From NCBI GenBank assembly GCA_036560265.1, contig DATBRO010000268.1:8508-72507 (forward strand): 64,000 bases of DNA, given 5' to 3'. Origin of the DNA: Gemmatimonadaceae bacterium. Lineage in GTDB: Bacteria; Gemmatimonadota; Gemmatimonadetes; Gemmatimonadales; Gemmatimonadaceae. The notes beneath the pieces were generated by a model. That model searched no databases. It saw only the letters and a program-made list of their open reading frames with translations, and was not told where the DNA came from. Shown in pieces: positions 27,863-38,003 of the stretch; position 1 is the stretch's first letter; each line of letters opens with the position of its first letter. The position numbers and the translations under genes were made by a program.

Positions 27863-28398
27863 AACCGCGCGCCCAGCGTGATCGGAATGGTCAGCATCGG
27901 TTTCCCTTCCGTCAGCACGTAATGAAGCCGGACGTCTGCAATCCCGATGAAGAACGTGAGTGGTACCTCCAACCCGAAGCCGGCATTGACGCCCGGCTTC
28001 GTCCCATTGTCCGTCATACGGTAGACCGCAATTCCACCGAGAACGAATGCACTCGATGACTTGCTGGTGTTGCGCGCTAGGAGCGAAGCTCCGAGCGACA
28101 TGATGTTCATGTCGCGAAATGCCGCGGGCGCGCTCGATTTGCGATCATAACGTTGATAGATCAGCTCGAGGCGAAACGAGTAGGGCTGCTCTGCCGCCGA
28201 GAAATCAACGAGTCCGGAAACCGAATAGCCGGCGGCGTGCGTGTCAGCCAGTTTGCCCATCGGTATCGCGATGCCACCGCCGAAGCCGCCGGATGCGCCG
28301 ATCGTGGGCGCCGCCGGCGGCACCGTTTGCTGAGCGCCTGCGCGAGACGCTGAAACCGCGACGCAAGCGATCATGAGGAGACAGGCGGAACGATGCAT
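27859..28398 (-). CDS. Small outer-membrane beta-barrel protein
   Basis: Signal peptide MHRSACLLMIACVAVSASRAGAQ, alternating amphipathic strands, and a terminal aromatic residue (…TLGARF). Confidence 0.6.
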   Translation of the reverse strand: MHRSACLLMIACVAVSASRAGAQQTVPPAAPTIGASGGFGGGIAIPMGKLADTHAAGYSVSGLVDFSAAEQPYSFRLELIYQRYDRKSSAPAAFRDMNIMSLGASLLARNTSKSSSAFVLGGIAVYRMTDNGTKPGVNAGFGLEVPLTFFIGIADVRLHYVLTEGKPMLTIPITLGARF

Positions 28399-28419
28399 GT
28401 CGAGTTTCTGGGCTGAAGG

Positions 28420-29571
28420 TTACGAGAGTATCCCGCTGACCCACTCGCCGGCGAAGTATCCCGCGACCGCGACTCCGAGGCCTACCACGAACATATCGAG
28501 TCCGGAACGGAAGACGCTGCGCCCCGTGAACACCGAACGCGCGGCCCCGACAATCCAGTGCGACAACATTGCGACGACGAACGCGCTCACGATCGCCGTC
28601 TGACCCTGCCAGAAGAAGAACGGGAACACGGGGATCAGCGCCCCCACGGCCGTCGCAGCACCGGTGACCCATCCCTCGCGCAGCGGCGACATGCGTGGCG
28701 CTCCAATCCCCAGCTCTTCCTGAACCTGTTCGTCGAGCATTCGCTGCGGGTCGGCCATGACTTGCGTCGCCAATCGTCGAGCCGCATCAGCGTCCATTCC
28801 CTTGGCTTCGTAGATGAGCGCCAGCTCGTCACGCTCGACTTCGGGCATGAGGGCGATCTCGTCGCGCTCCATCGCGATCTCGTGTGCGTACACCTCCTGT
28901 TCGCTCTTCGCGGCGAGAAACCCGCTGCTTCCCATGGAAAGCGCGTCGGCAATCATGCCCGCGACGCCCGCAACGATCACGGTGTGATGCTGCGTGGAAA
29001 CCGACGCGCCGATGACGCCGGCCACCAAGCCGAAATTCGCGGTGAGGCCGTCGTTGAATCCGTACACCACGTTCCGCAGGAACCCGCCGGACTCGGTCCG
29101 GTGCCACGGTTCGCCCGTGCGTCCGGAGATCTGATTGAGAGTTTCTGCGTGTTCGGCTGACTCTCGCGCGAGCGTGAGCGCTTCACCTTTCCCAGCAACG
29201 CCGGTGGCCGTACTGCGGTGCATGTCGAGGTAGTCTTTGACTTCACGTCCCTCTTCAGCGAGCAACATCGGGAGAAGGAATCGAGGGCCGAAGCGTTTGC
29301 CCAGAAGGGCCAGCAGACGCGTGCGCGCGCTCGGCCGATGGGCCCTCAGACGGCGCCCGTGCTGCGCCAGCAACTTCTCCCAAATCTGGACGTGCTTGTC
29401 CTCGACTTCGGCCAACCGCAGGTAGATGGACTTCTTGTGCGCGTCCGTTTCCGCGGATGCGAGCACCCGGTACAGGAACGCGGCGTCGGCCTCGTCCTGC
29501 CAATGATGCTCGAACGCGTGAAGGTCGGGTGCGCGGTTGTCGGGTTCGGTCGTGGGAGCGGTGGCGGTCAC
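28420..29571 (-). CDS. Erythrin(ferritin-like)-VIT1/CCC1 fusion iron transporter (MbfA-like)
   Basis: The N-terminus has a rubrerythrin/ferritin-like helix pattern (EADAAFLYRVLA...LAEVEDKHV). The C-terminus has VIT1 motifs (VYGFNDGLTANFGLVAGV). GTG start at 29569-29571. Confidence 0.75.
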   Translation of the reverse strand: MTATAPTTEPDNRAPDLHAFEHHWQDEADAAFLYRVLASAETDAHKKSIYLRLAEVEDKHVQIWEKLLAQHGRRLRAHRPSARTRLLALLGKRFGPRFLLPMLLAEEGREVKDYLDMHRSTATGVAGKGEALTLARESAEHAETLNQISGRTGEPWHRTESGGFLRNVVYGFNDGLTANFGLVAGVIGASVSTQHHTVIVAGVAGMIADALSMGSSGFLAAKSEQEVYAHEIAMERDEIALMPEVERDELALIYEAKGMDADAARRLATQVMADPQRMLDEQVQEELGIGAPRMSPLREGWVTGAATAVGALIPVFPFFFWQGQTAIVSAFVVAMLSHWIVGAARSVFTGRSVFRSGLDMFVVGLGVAVAGYFAGEWVSGILS

Positions 29572-29698
29572 GCTAGGAAGATAACGCTCTAGGCTCTCGG
29601 TCCCCGGCGCACGGCGAACGGCGGTAAACCGTCAGGGTGCCCACTTGTGTCCTACCGGGCAGAACCTCCAGAACCCCAACCGCATTCCGAGGTCCAAA

Positions 29699-30631
29699 AT
29701 GCACAGCAGACTGCTTCTCGCGCTGGGTGTCGCGGCGACCGCCGCGTGGCCGAGCATCGCGACTGCCCAAGCCGAAGCGCGCACCTACCGCATGGAGCCA
29801 CGCGCTTTCGGCTTTTCATTCGATGACGAGCAAAACCGCGCCGTCATCGGCATCACCACGTCGACCGGTAGCGCTCGCGACACCCTCGGAGTGCTCGTGA
29901 GCTCCGTGACCGCCGGTGGCCCTGCCGAGAAAGGGGGAATCGAAGAAGGCAATCGCCTCGCGGCGATCAACGGCGTGAATCTCAAGCTCGCCCCGGCCGA
30001 CGCCGATGATTGGGACATGTCCAGCGTGATGAGTCGCCGTCTCACCCGGGAGCTCGGCAAGGTCAAGCCGGGCGACGAGGTCGAGCTCCGCGTCTATAGC
30101 GGAGGACAAACCCGCACTGTGAAGGTAAAGACGGTTGCGTACGACAGCCTGTATCGCACCGCGCGCCGCGTGCGCGACGACCGCGACAGCCGGGCGGCAC
30201 TCGGAGTGAGTCTCGGCTCGAGCGGCAGCAAGCGCGACACGCTTGGCGTGCTCGTGATGTGGGCTGACGACGACGGACCGGCGGTCAAGGCGGGGATCGA
30301 GGAAGGGAATCGCATCGCCGCGATCAACAACGTTGACGTGCGCGTCGGTCGTGAGGACGCCGGTGACGAAATGGTCTCGCACGCCAAGGTGCAGCGGTTG
30401 CAACGCGAGCTCGAGAAACTGAAACCTGGCGACGAGGTGGAGCTGCGGGTCTACGGCGAGGGAAGGACGCGCGCAGTGAAGGTGAAGACGGTCGCGTTGT
30501 CGTCGCTTTCGCGAGGCCGATCCATGTTCATGGGCGATGTCTTCGCGGCGCCTCGCATTGCCCCGATGACGCCAATGCCGCCGATGCCCCCGATAATGCA
30601 ACGACTGAGAATCACGCGGGTCTCGATGTAA
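29699..30631 (+). CDS. Secreted protein with two tandem PDZ-like domains
   Basis: Signal peptide MHSRLLLALGVAATAAWPSIATAQA. Two roughly 105-aa repeats each carry GIEEGNR(L/I)AAIN and KPGDEVELRVY. Confidence 0.7.
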   Translation: MHSRLLLALGVAATAAWPSIATAQAEARTYRMEPRAFGFSFDDEQNRAVIGITTSTGSARDTLGVLVSSVTAGGPAEKGGIEEGNRLAAINGVNLKLAPADADDWDMSSVMSRRLTRELGKVKPGDEVELRVYSGGQTRTVKVKTVAYDSLYRTARRVRDDRDSRAALGVSLGSSGSKRDTLGVLVMWADDDGPAVKAGIEEGNRIAAINNVDVRVGREDAGDEMVSHAKVQRLQRELEKLKPGDEVELRVYGEGRTRAVKVKTVALSSLSRGRSMFMGDVFAAPRIAPMTPMPPMPPIMQRLRITRVSM

Positions 30632-30711
30632 CGCGCTCGAATGCGAAACGCACGACCGGAGGGGACCACCAAGCCTTAACCTTGTGTAGCGTCGGCCGAT
30701 ACTGAAGCTTC

Positions 30712-32664
30712 ATGGAGCGTGTTGCAACCCCTCCGGCCGTGACCGTCTCGCCACCATTCAGAAACCTGCCGTCTCTCGGCGATGTGTTTCGCATTGCGTT
30801 CGAGCAATCGGCCGCGGGCATTTCGGTTGCAGCGCCATCCGGAGAGTATCTGCACGCGAACCTGGCGTTCTGCGAGTTCGTCGGCTACTCGGTAGACGAG
30901 CTGCGGCGGCTCCGCATGAGCGATCTGATGCATCACGACGATCGCGGGCGCGCAACCGAGCTACGGGACCGGATGCTCCGCGGCGACGTGATGGAGGCGC
31001 GCTGGGAGCGGCGCTACATCCACAAATCCGGCCTCGCCATGTGGGCCCTGCTCACGACGACGCTGGTGCGCGACGAGCACGGAGATCCCGCGTATTTCGT
31101 CTCGCAGGTTATCGACATCAGCGATCGAAAGCTCGCCGAGGAGGCACTGCAACGCGCCGAGGCGCGGTCCAGGGCGCTCATCGGCGCGATGCAGGACGTC
31201 ATTCTCGTGCTCGATCGCGAGGGGACGTACCTGGACATCGCGCCGAGCGCGAGCGATCGGTTGTTCTTGCCGGCGACGGAGCTGATCGGGCGCCGGCTGC
31301 ACGACGTTTTTTCGCGCGACCAGGCCGACTACTTTCTCAAACACATCCATCAGGCGCTCGACACGAATGCGCCGGTGGAGATGGCCTACGATCTCGAGAT
31401 TCGCGGTGAGCGAATCTATTTCGAAGCGACTATCTCTCCACTCCCGGAGGACCGGGTCGTTCTGATCGCGCGCGATGTGACGGAGCGCCTGAAGACCGAG
31501 CAGGCGTTGCGCGAGAGCGAGGATCAGCTGCGCCAGGCCCAGAAGATGGAAGCGGTTGGACAGCTCGCCGGTGGAATCGCGCACGACTTCAACAATCTCC
31601 TCATGGCAATCATGAGCAACGCGGAGCTCGCCGCGCTGGAGCTGGCCGCCGACTCTCCCGCCGGGTCCCACATCGACGAGATCAAGAGCGCTTCCCGGCG
31701 CGCGCGTTCGCTCACGCAGCAGCTGCTCGCTTTCAGTCGAAAGCAAATGCTGCAGCCCCGGGTGCTCGACATGAATGCCGTGGTCGGCGAAGCGGAGCAG
31801 ATTCTCCGCCGGCTCATCGGCGAGAACATCGCGATGTCGGTGGCCCTCGAACCGTCGCTCGGGCAAGTGCGCGCCGATCCGGGACAGCTCGCTCAGGTGC
31901 TGGTGAACCTCGCCGTCAACGCACGCGACGCGATGCCCCGAGGCGGACAGCTCACGATCGAGTCCATGAATCGAGACGTGGGTGCCGCGGAGACACGCGC
32001 GCATCGCGGCCTCAAGGAAGGGCGGTACGTCGCTCTGCAGGTTCGTGACAGTGGCGTCGGCATGGACGCGGAGACCAAGGCCCGCATCTTCGAGCCTTTT
32101 TTTACGACGAAGCCCCCGGGGCAGGGAACGGGGCTGGGGCTGTCCACCGTGTACGGCATCGTGAAACAGTCCGGAGGTTACATCGCGGTGGACAGCGTCC
32201 AAGGATCGGGGACCACGTTCACGATTCTGCTACCACGCGTGTTCGAGGCGTGGGAGCCGGCGGTCGTGGTGGCGCAACCGGTGCCGGCCACGGCGTCACA
32301 CGGAACAGTGCTGCTGGTTGAAGACGAAGCCGCCGTGCGCGAAGCGACGAAGCGCATGCTGCGCAAATACGGGTTCAACGTGATCGAGGCCAAGCACGGC
32401 CAGGATGCGCTGCTCCTTTGGGAGCGCGAGGGGAAGTCCGTGGACGTCGTGCTGACCGACGTCGTGATGCCGGCGATGGGTGGGGCGGAACTGGCACGCA
32501 CCCTCCGCGAGACCAACCCACGTCTGCGCGTGGTCTTCATGTCGGGATACACCCAAGGGACGCTCGAGCTGTCGTCGATGGACGAGGCGGCCACGCGTTT
32601 TTTACCGAAGCCGTTTACCGCCGATCAGCTCGTGGGCACGCTGAGAGATCTGATCGCCGAGTAG
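30712..32664 (+). CDS. Hybrid sensor histidine kinase (PAS-PAS-HisKA-HATPase-receiver)
   Basis: Two PAS-like segments, H-box [13 protein letters not shown] boxes ([16 protein letters not shown]), and a C-terminal receiver (VLLVEDE...VLTDVVMP). Confidence 0.9.
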   Translation: MERVATPPAVTVSPPFRNLPSLGDVFRIAFEQSAAGISVAAPSGEYLHANLAFCEFVGYSVDELRRLRMSDLMHHDDRGRATELRDRMLRGDVMEARWERRYIHKSGLAMWALLTTTLVRDEHGDPAYFVSQVIDISDRKLAEEALQRAEARSRALIGAMQDVILVLDREGTYLDIAPSASDRLFLPATELIGRRLHDVFSRDQADYFLKHIHQALDTNAPVEMAYDLEIRGERIYFEATISPLPEDRVVLIARDVTERLKTEQALRESEDQLRQAQKMEAVGQLAGGIAHDFNNLLMAIMSNAELAALELAADSPAGSHIDEIKSASRRARSLTQQLLAFSRKQMLQPRVLDMNAVVGEAEQILRRLIGENIAMSVALEPSLGQVRADPGQLAQVLVNLAVNARDAMPRGGQLTIESMNRDVGAAETRAHRGLKEGRYVALQVRDSGVGMDAETKARIFEPFFTTKPPGQGTGLGLSTVYGIVKQSGGYIAVDSVQGSGTTFTILLPRVFEAWEPAVVVAQPVPATASHGTVLLVEDEAAVREATKRMLRKYGFNVIEAKHGQDALLLWEREGKSVDVVLTDVVMPAMGGAELARTLRETNPRLRVVFMSGYTQGTLELSSMDEAATRFLPKPFTADQLVGTLRDLIAE

Positions 32665-32665
32665 G

Positions 32666-34633
32666 TCAGAACTCGACCTGCGCCCCTAGCTCCACGACGC
32701 GATTCGGGGGAATCCCGAAGAACTCCGTCGCCGACTTCGCGTTTCGTTGCAGGAAGATGAACAGCTTCTTGCGCCAACGCGCCATGTTCATGTCCATGTC
32801 TTCCGGCGCGGTTCGCGTCCCGGCGCGCGTTCCGCGCCTGCGGTCCGAGACAATGACGCGCTCGCGACCGAGATAGAAGGTGGTGTCGTTCTGTTTTGCC
32901 TTCAGCCCGGCCTGACGGAGACGGTAGAGAATCTCGGGAACGTCGGGTGTTTCCATGAATCCGTAACGGGCGCTCACACGAAAGAAGCCCTGCTCCAACT
33001 TCTCGAGCGTGAGCCGCTCTTCCGATGGGATCTCGGGGATCTCCTCCGTCTTGATCGACATCAGCACCACCTGCTCGTGCAGCACTTTGTTGTGCTTGAG
33101 ATGATGCAGAAGCACGAGCGGAACGCCATCTGGTGTCGATGTCATGAAAACCGCGGTGCCCGGAACGCGCGGCGGCTTCTTTCTCGCGACGTCGGTCAAG
33201 AACAAATCCATCGGGAGCGAGCCGGCCTGCAAAATCCGCGTCAACATGGTGCGCCCTGTCTTCCACGTGCTCATCAACGTGAAGATGAACAGCGCAATGG
33301 CGAGCGTCACCCATCCGCCGCTCGCGACCTTTATCGCGTTGGCGGCAAAAAACGCCAGGTCAATGAAGAGAAAGAAGACCAGGAATGCCATCACCGTGGA
33401 CATGGGCCAGTGCCAGCGCTGTCGCGCAACAACGCTATACAGAATGGTGGTGATTCCAAACGCTCCTGTGACAGCAATGCCGTACGCTGCGCTCAGGTTG
33501 TCTGACGTTTGGAACGCAAGCACTAGCATCACGCATCCAATTGCAAGCAGCTTGTTGACCTCGGGCACAAAAATCTGTCCCGCCTGCTTGTACGACGTGT
33601 GGATGATGGTGAGTCGCGGTGAATAGCCTAGTTGCATGCTCTGCTGTGCGAGCGAAAATGCTCCCGAGATCATGGCCTGCGAGGCGACGATCGCGGCCGC
33701 GGCGGCGATGAAGACGAGCGGGTAGAGCAGGCTGCGTGGCGCAAGCAGATAGAATGGATTGACGGCGGCGCTCGCGTCACGCAGCACCAGCGCGCCCTGC
33801 CCGTAATAGTTGAGTAGCAGGGCCGGCAAGGCGACCGCAAACCAGGCGACGCGAATGGGTCGCTTCCCGAAGTGGCCCATGTCCGCGTACAGCGCTTCGC
33901 CGCCCGTGATCGCCAGTACGACGGCGCCGAGCACGAAAAACCCGTTCCGCCCGTTGTTCGCGAAGAACAAGACCGCGTGGTGTGGACTCAGAGCTGCCAG
34001 AATGTGCGGCTCTCTGACGATCTCCATGATGCCGAGGGTTCCGATGACGACAAACCACAACAGCGTGATGGGTCCGAACGAGCCGCCAACACGCGCCGTG
34101 CCGAACTGCTGGACAGAGAACAAGCCGATCAGAATCCCGAGCGTGATCACAATGACATACGGCTCGAACGTTGGGGTAGCGACCTTCAAACCTTCGATCG
34201 CGCTGAGCACCGAGATCGCCGGTGTGATCATGCCGTCGCCGAGGAGGAGCGCAGTACCGAACAGTCCGAGAAGAACGAGAATGGCGCGCTTACGATGGTC
34301 CTCCTCTCGACGTTCTTGCTGGAGCACGAGCGCGAGCAACGCGAGAATGCCGCCTTCGCCACGATTGTCCGCTCTCACTACCAGCACGAGGTACTTGATG
34401 CTGATGACCAAGATCAGCGCCCACGTGATCAGCGACAGCAGTCCGTAGACGTTCTCCTGCGTCGGCGCGTACGCATGGTGTCCCGTGAAGCCTTCGCGGA
34501 ACGCGTATAGTGGGCTCGTACCGATGTCGCCGTAGACGATGCCGAGCGCTGTGAGCGACAGGATAGCCAGGCGCCTGCCCGTGGGTCGCGCTTCCACGTG
34601 CTCCCGTTGCGGCGGGAGCTGCGGCATCACCAT
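32666..34633 (-). CDS. kup: KUP/HAK/KT potassium uptake transporter
   Basis: ALGIVYGDIGTSPLY signature, 12 TM helices and a cytoplasmic C-domain. I set the start at the ATG 34631-34633 because a strong terminator (34714-34748) lies inside the N-terminal extension of the track ORF. Confidence 0.85.
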   Translation of the reverse strand: MVMPQLPPQREHVEARPTGRRLAILSLTALGIVYGDIGTSPLYAFREGFTGHHAYAPTQENVYGLLSLITWALILVISIKYLVLVVRADNRGEGGILALLALVLQQERREEDHRKRAILVLLGLFGTALLLGDGMITPAISVLSAIEGLKVATPTFEPYVIVITLGILIGLFSVQQFGTARVGGSFGPITLLWFVVIGTLGIMEIVREPHILAALSPHHAVLFFANNGRNGFFVLGAVVLAITGGEALYADMGHFGKRPIRVAWFAVALPALLLNYYGQGALVLRDASAAVNPFYLLAPRSLLYPLVFIAAAAAIVASQAMISGAFSLAQQSMQLGYSPRLTIIHTSYKQAGQIFVPEVNKLLAIGCVMLVLAFQTSDNLSAAYGIAVTGAFGITTILYSVVARQRWHWPMSTVMAFLVFFLFIDLAFFAANAIKVASGGWVTLAIALFIFTLMSTWKTGRTMLTRILQAGSLPMDLFLTDVARKKPPRVPGTAVFMTSTPDGVPLVLLHHLKHNKVLHEQVVLMSIKTEEIPEIPSEERLTLEKLEQGFFRVSARYGFMETPDVPEILYRLRQAGLKAKQNDTTFYLGRERVIVSDRRRGTRAGTRTAPEDMDMNMARWRKKLFIFLQRNAKSATEFFGIPPNRVVELGAQVEF

Positions 34634-34713
34634 GCTGGGCCGCGGCTCGCGGGGCGGTGGCGAATCCGAAATCGGTGGCGGTGGAGCTTGGTCGACCAAA
34701 CGGCCTCGCAAAC

Positions 34714-34748
34714 GAAAAAAACGGGTCGCGGCGGTGGCCGCGACCCGG
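34714..34748 (-). terminator. Rho-independent terminator of the PadR gene
   Basis: The minus strand reads CGGGTCGCGGC-cacc-GCCGCGACCCG followed by TTTTTTT. The stem is a perfect 11 bp. Confidence 0.8.
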
Positions 34749-34779
34749 GCGTACAATCTATGGCGGGGCGGTTCGCCGT

Positions 34780-35397
34780 CTAGCCGTCGCCGTTTTTCTC
34801 CAGTTGCTCCAACTCGGCTGCGGCGCGATCTAGGATCTCCCGGATACGCTGAAGCTTGGCGCTGTCGTTCACATTTTTCGACGCGTGTCCGTACGCCGAG
34901 CGTGCCACACGACGAAAGGCGGTATTCACCTCCATCATGGGCGCATCGAGGAATCCCTCCATGAACCGCGCGATGCGATCGAAGATCGAATCGACCGTGG
35001 TGCTGTGCTCCTTGAGGTAGGCGCTCCCCTCGGGCGTGATCTCGTAAACTTTGCGCCCCCCCTCGTCCTGGGCTGCCTTTGCATAGCCAAGATCCTCGAG
35101 CATTGTCAGCGTTGGATAGACCGTCCCCGGGCTTGGCGAATACGCGCCCCCGAACCTGTCTTCCAGCTCCTTGATGACCTCGTAGCCGTGCCGCGGCTTT
35201 TCCTCGAGCAACCGCAAGATCACGTACTTGAGATCGCCTTGCTCGAACACCCGTCCCATGCGACCGCGGTGCCGGCCGCGCGGCCCCCAGAACTCAGCGG
35301 AGAAGCCATCGAATCCGCCCCATCCCCAACGTCCTCGACCGGACGCGCACCACGAGTCGTTTCCGAGCGGAATCCCGAACGCGAAAGCACGAAACAT
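34780..35397 (-). CDS. PadR-family transcriptional regulator
   Basis: GDLKYVILRLLEEKPRHGYEVIKELEDRFGGAYSPSPGTVYPTLTMLEDLGY winged helix. The ATG at 35395-35397 is preceded by GGAGGG. Confidence 0.85.
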   Translation of the reverse strand: MFRAFAFGIPLGNDSWCASGRGRWGWGGFDGFSAEFWGPRGRHRGRMGRVFEQGDLKYVILRLLEEKPRHGYEVIKELEDRFGGAYSPSPGTVYPTLTMLEDLGYAKAAQDEGGRKVYEITPEGSAYLKEHSTTVDSIFDRIARFMEGFLDAPMMEVNTAFRRVARSAYGHASKNVNDSAKLQRIREILDRAAAELEQLEKNGDG

Positions 35398-35421
35398 GGA
35401 CCCTCCTTCGATATTACGAAG

Positions 35422-35460
35422 ATATGTCGTCTTGACGATATATCTAACTTGGATATATCG
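35422..35460. promoter_or_regulatory. Two overlapping inverted repeats in the PadR/CsbD divergent region (candidate operator)
   Basis: ATATGTCGTC-tt-GACGATATAT (35422-35443) matches 9 of 10 positions. CGATATATC-n7-GATATATCG (35436-35460) matches 9 of 9. Confidence 0.5.
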
Positions 35461-35550
35461 CAAGTGGGCCCGGGCTTGTCAGTTGGGATGGGCTAGTCGG
35501 CCTGTCACTTGCCTCCTGAAACAGAGTCGAACCTGTTCAGGAGAACTTGT

Positions 35551-35751
35551 ATGACAGATGATCTTCGGGACGAAGGACTCAAGGACGAGATCAAGGGCAC
35601 TGTCGAGGAAGCCGAGGGACGCCTCCGCAATGCGGTCGGTGGTCTGACAGGTGATACGAGTGAGCAGATCAAGGGGAAGGGCCAAGAGCTGAAAGGGAAA
35701 GTGCAGCGCAAAATCGGCGAGGCCGAATCGGACGCGGACCGGGACCTTTAA
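35551..35751 (+). CDS. CsbD-family general stress protein
   Basis: MTDDLRDEGLKDEIKGTVEEAEGRLRNAVGGLTGDTSEQIKGKGQELKGKVQRKIGEA is the CsbD pattern. AGGAG lies upstream of the ATG at 35551. Confidence 0.8.
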   Translation: MTDDLRDEGLKDEIKGTVEEAEGRLRNAVGGLTGDTSEQIKGKGQELKGKVQRKIGEAESDADRDL

Positions 35752-35767
35752 GGCGAATCCGCGCACG

Positions 35768-35812
35768 AAACGCGGGCGGCGCGACGTGGCCTCGCCCGCG
35801 TTTCCTTTTCTC
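35768..35812 (+). terminator. Rho-independent terminator after csbD-like gene
   Basis: AAACGCGGGCG (35768-35778) and CGCCCGCGTTT (35793-35803) form a perfect 11-bp stem, followed by ccttttctcc. Confidence 0.7.
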
Positions 35813-35836
35813 CTTCCGAACCCGCGCTAGCTGGGG

Positions 35837-36859
35837 TCAAGCGCTCGCGCTCGCGAGCGGTTGCTCCGTGTCGCGCATCTTCCTGGCGAGCCGTGGCCGG
35901 GAGATGCCGAGCATTCGTGCGGCAGCGGAACGGTTGCCGTTCGTGAGCCGCAGCGCGATCTCGATCGCCTCGCGCTCGACCGCGGCGAGCGTCTTGCCGG
36001 TGCGCGGGATGCGGATTTCGCCGACGGAATCAGAGCCGCTGGCGGAGGTGCGGCGCAGAATGAGGAGATGCTCCGGCTGAATCGTACGCTCGTCCCCACT
36101 GAGAATCGCCGCGCGCTCGATGACGTTGCGGAGCTCGCGAACGTTGCCGGGCCACCGATGCGAGTAGAGCGCCTCGAGCGAAGCCGGCGACAGCACTTTG
36201 ACCCGGCCGCTCTCATTGACGGATTCCGCCAGACACTGACGCGCGATGAGCGCGATGTCGTCCTTGCGGTCACGGAGTGGCGGGAGCGAGATCGTGAAGA
36301 CGTTGAGTCGATAGTACAAGTCTTCTCGAAACGCGCCGGTCGAAACTGCCTGCTCGAGTAGCGGATTTGCCGCCGCCATCAAGCGGCAGCGAATGTCGAC
36401 TTCTTCGGTGCCGCCGAGCAGGCGAACCTTTCTCGATTCGAGCACGCGGAGCAGCTTGGGCTGGAGCCCAAGGGGCATGTGATGGACTTCGTCGAGAAAG
36501 AGCGTTCCAGCGCCCGCGAGCTCGAACAGGCCGCCCTTCCGCTTGCGTGCATCGGTGAATGCGCCACGCTCGTGCCCGAACAGCTCTGACTCGAGCAAGT
36601 TTTCCGGAATGGCCGCGCAGTTCACGGCGACGAACGGCTGTTCCGCGTGCGCTCCGGCGTAATGGATTCCGCGGGCAAAGAGCTCTTTCCCAGCGCCGGT
36701 CTCGCCGAGGAGCAGGACCGTTGTTCGCGGGGAATTTGCGACGCGTCGCGCGAGCTCCAGGGCTTCGGACAGGGCCGGGCTCCGCCCCACGATGTTCTGA
36801 AAGCCGATATCGGAGGACAGCGAGACGTGCGATGGACGCGCGGCCGCCACTTCCGTCAT
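35837..36859 (-). CDS. Sigma-54-dependent transcriptional activator (bEBP) without an N-terminal sensory domain
   Basis: Walker [12 protein letters not shown], sigma-54 contact loop ERGAFTDA (GAFTGA variant), [10 protein letters not shown], and a C-terminal Fis-type HTH ([16 protein letters not shown]). Only about 25 residues precede the AAA+ core. Confidence 0.9.
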   Translation of the reverse strand: MTEVAAARPSHVSLSSDIGFQNIVGRSPALSEALELARRVANSPRTTVLLLGETGAGKELFARGIHYAGAHAEQPFVAVNCAAIPENLLESELFGHERGAFTDARKRKGGLFELAGAGTLFLDEVHHMPLGLQPKLLRVLESRKVRLLGGTEEVDIRCRLMAAANPLLEQAVSTGAFREDLYYRLNVFTISLPPLRDRKDDIALIARQCLAESVNESGRVKVLSPASLEALYSHRWPGNVRELRNVIERAAILSGDERTIQPEHLLILRRTSASGSDSVGEIRIPRTGKTLAAVEREAIEIALRLTNGNRSAAARMLGISRPRLARKMRDTEQPLASASA

Positions 36860-37929
36860 TGCACCGCCGCTGCTGACGTGCCGCCGCTCACCCGATCAGC
36901 CAATCCCGAACGCAAGCGCACCTGGAGTCCGGCGATCATTCCACCGAAACCCGCCATGCGAGCCAGCTCGAGAGATCGACGCCACGATTCCTTGGCGCGC
37001 GGCAGCTCGCCGCAGTCGCGGCAGGCGTCGCCGAGGTCGGTGAGAATCTCGACGCGGAGCTCCACGTCTTCTCCCATCTGACTGAGCGCGAGCGCGCGTT
37101 CCAGAAGCGTGATCGCGTGCGGTGACGCGCGCTCTCGCACGCGCGCGACGCGCGACAGCAGCCGCAGCGCCGCCGCCCTCCGCGTACTGTCCCGCCGTTG
37201 TTCGGCGATGCCGTACGCACGGGTTGCCGCGGCATCGGCTTGATCCAACTTGCTGGTGGCGAGGAAGAGCGCGGCCCGGTTTTCTTCGACGATTGCTTCG
37301 GACGCGATGTCGTTCAGCGTATTCGCGAGCTCCAACGCGCGCTCCAGGACGTCGTGGGCGCGCGCATAGGACGCTTCCCGCGTGTACAGCACGCCGAGGT
37401 TGTTGAGCACCCAGAGAACCGCGTCGCGCTCCTCTTCCTGCTCGAATGCCGCGAGCGCCAACCGGAAGTGCGCCACGGCCTCGTCAGTGCGGCCCTGCAC
37501 GTCGGCGACGACCCCGAGATTCTGTTGCACCATGCCGGAAAGGCGTCGGTCACCCAAGCGGTGCGCGAGGCGCGCCGCTTCTCCGTACCACCGCTCCGCC
37601 GCATTGAGATCGCCGCGGTACTGGGCGATCGTCCCCAAACAATTCAGCGCATGGGCGCGCCCCCCCCGATAGGCGATGGCGTCGGCGACCGCCAAACTCT
37701 GGGCGTACAGGTCGGACGCCGCTGAATGGTTGCCGCGATCGCGCAGTATCGATCCCTTCCACCGGAGAACGTCAGCCAACGCATCACTGGGTCCAACTGG
37801 CAGCAGCAGAGCGAGAGCGTGATCGCAGGCATCGATCGCGTGATCCGGATCCGCACCGCGCCACGCGCTGAGCGCTTCACGAGCCAGCGATCTGGCCTGA
37901 TCCAATGGGTGGTCGCGCTCGGCGACCAT
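36856..37929 (-). CDS. Tetratricopeptide-repeat protein
   Basis: Repeated 34-40 aa helical units (A..Y..AL.....GD....A......G) across 357 aa. The stop overlaps the bEBP ATG (ATGA at 36856-36859). Confidence 0.75.
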   Translation of the reverse strand: MVAERDHPLDQARSLAREALSAWRGADPDHAIDACDHALALLLPVGPSDALADVLRWKGSILRDRGNHSAASDLYAQSLAVADAIAYRGGRAHALNCLGTIAQYRGDLNAAERWYGEAARLAHRLGDRRLSGMVQQNLGVVADVQGRTDEAVAHFRLALAAFEQEEERDAVLWVLNNLGVLYTREASYARAHDVLERALELANTLNDIASEAIVEENRAALFLATSKLDQADAAATRAYGIAEQRRDSTRRAAALRLLSRVARVRERASPHAITLLERALALSQMGEDVELRVEILTDLGDACRDCGELPRAKESWRRSLELARMAGFGGMIAGLQVRLRSGLADRVSGGTSAAAVQ

Positions 37930-38003
37930 AAGGCACTCCGCTCTCTCTCTGCTGTGTTTTCCCTGAAATTGCTGGGCGCGGGGGCATCCCCGCGCCGCTC
38001 AGC

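Noticed and set aside
34634-34713. Possible c-di-AMP (ydaO-type) riboswitch in the kup leader.
   Set aside because: Only about 80 nt remain between the PadR terminator and the kup ATG. I could not find the pseudo-two-fold ACGR/CCGA-type conserved cores by eye. A covariance-model scan (Rfam RF00379) would settle it.
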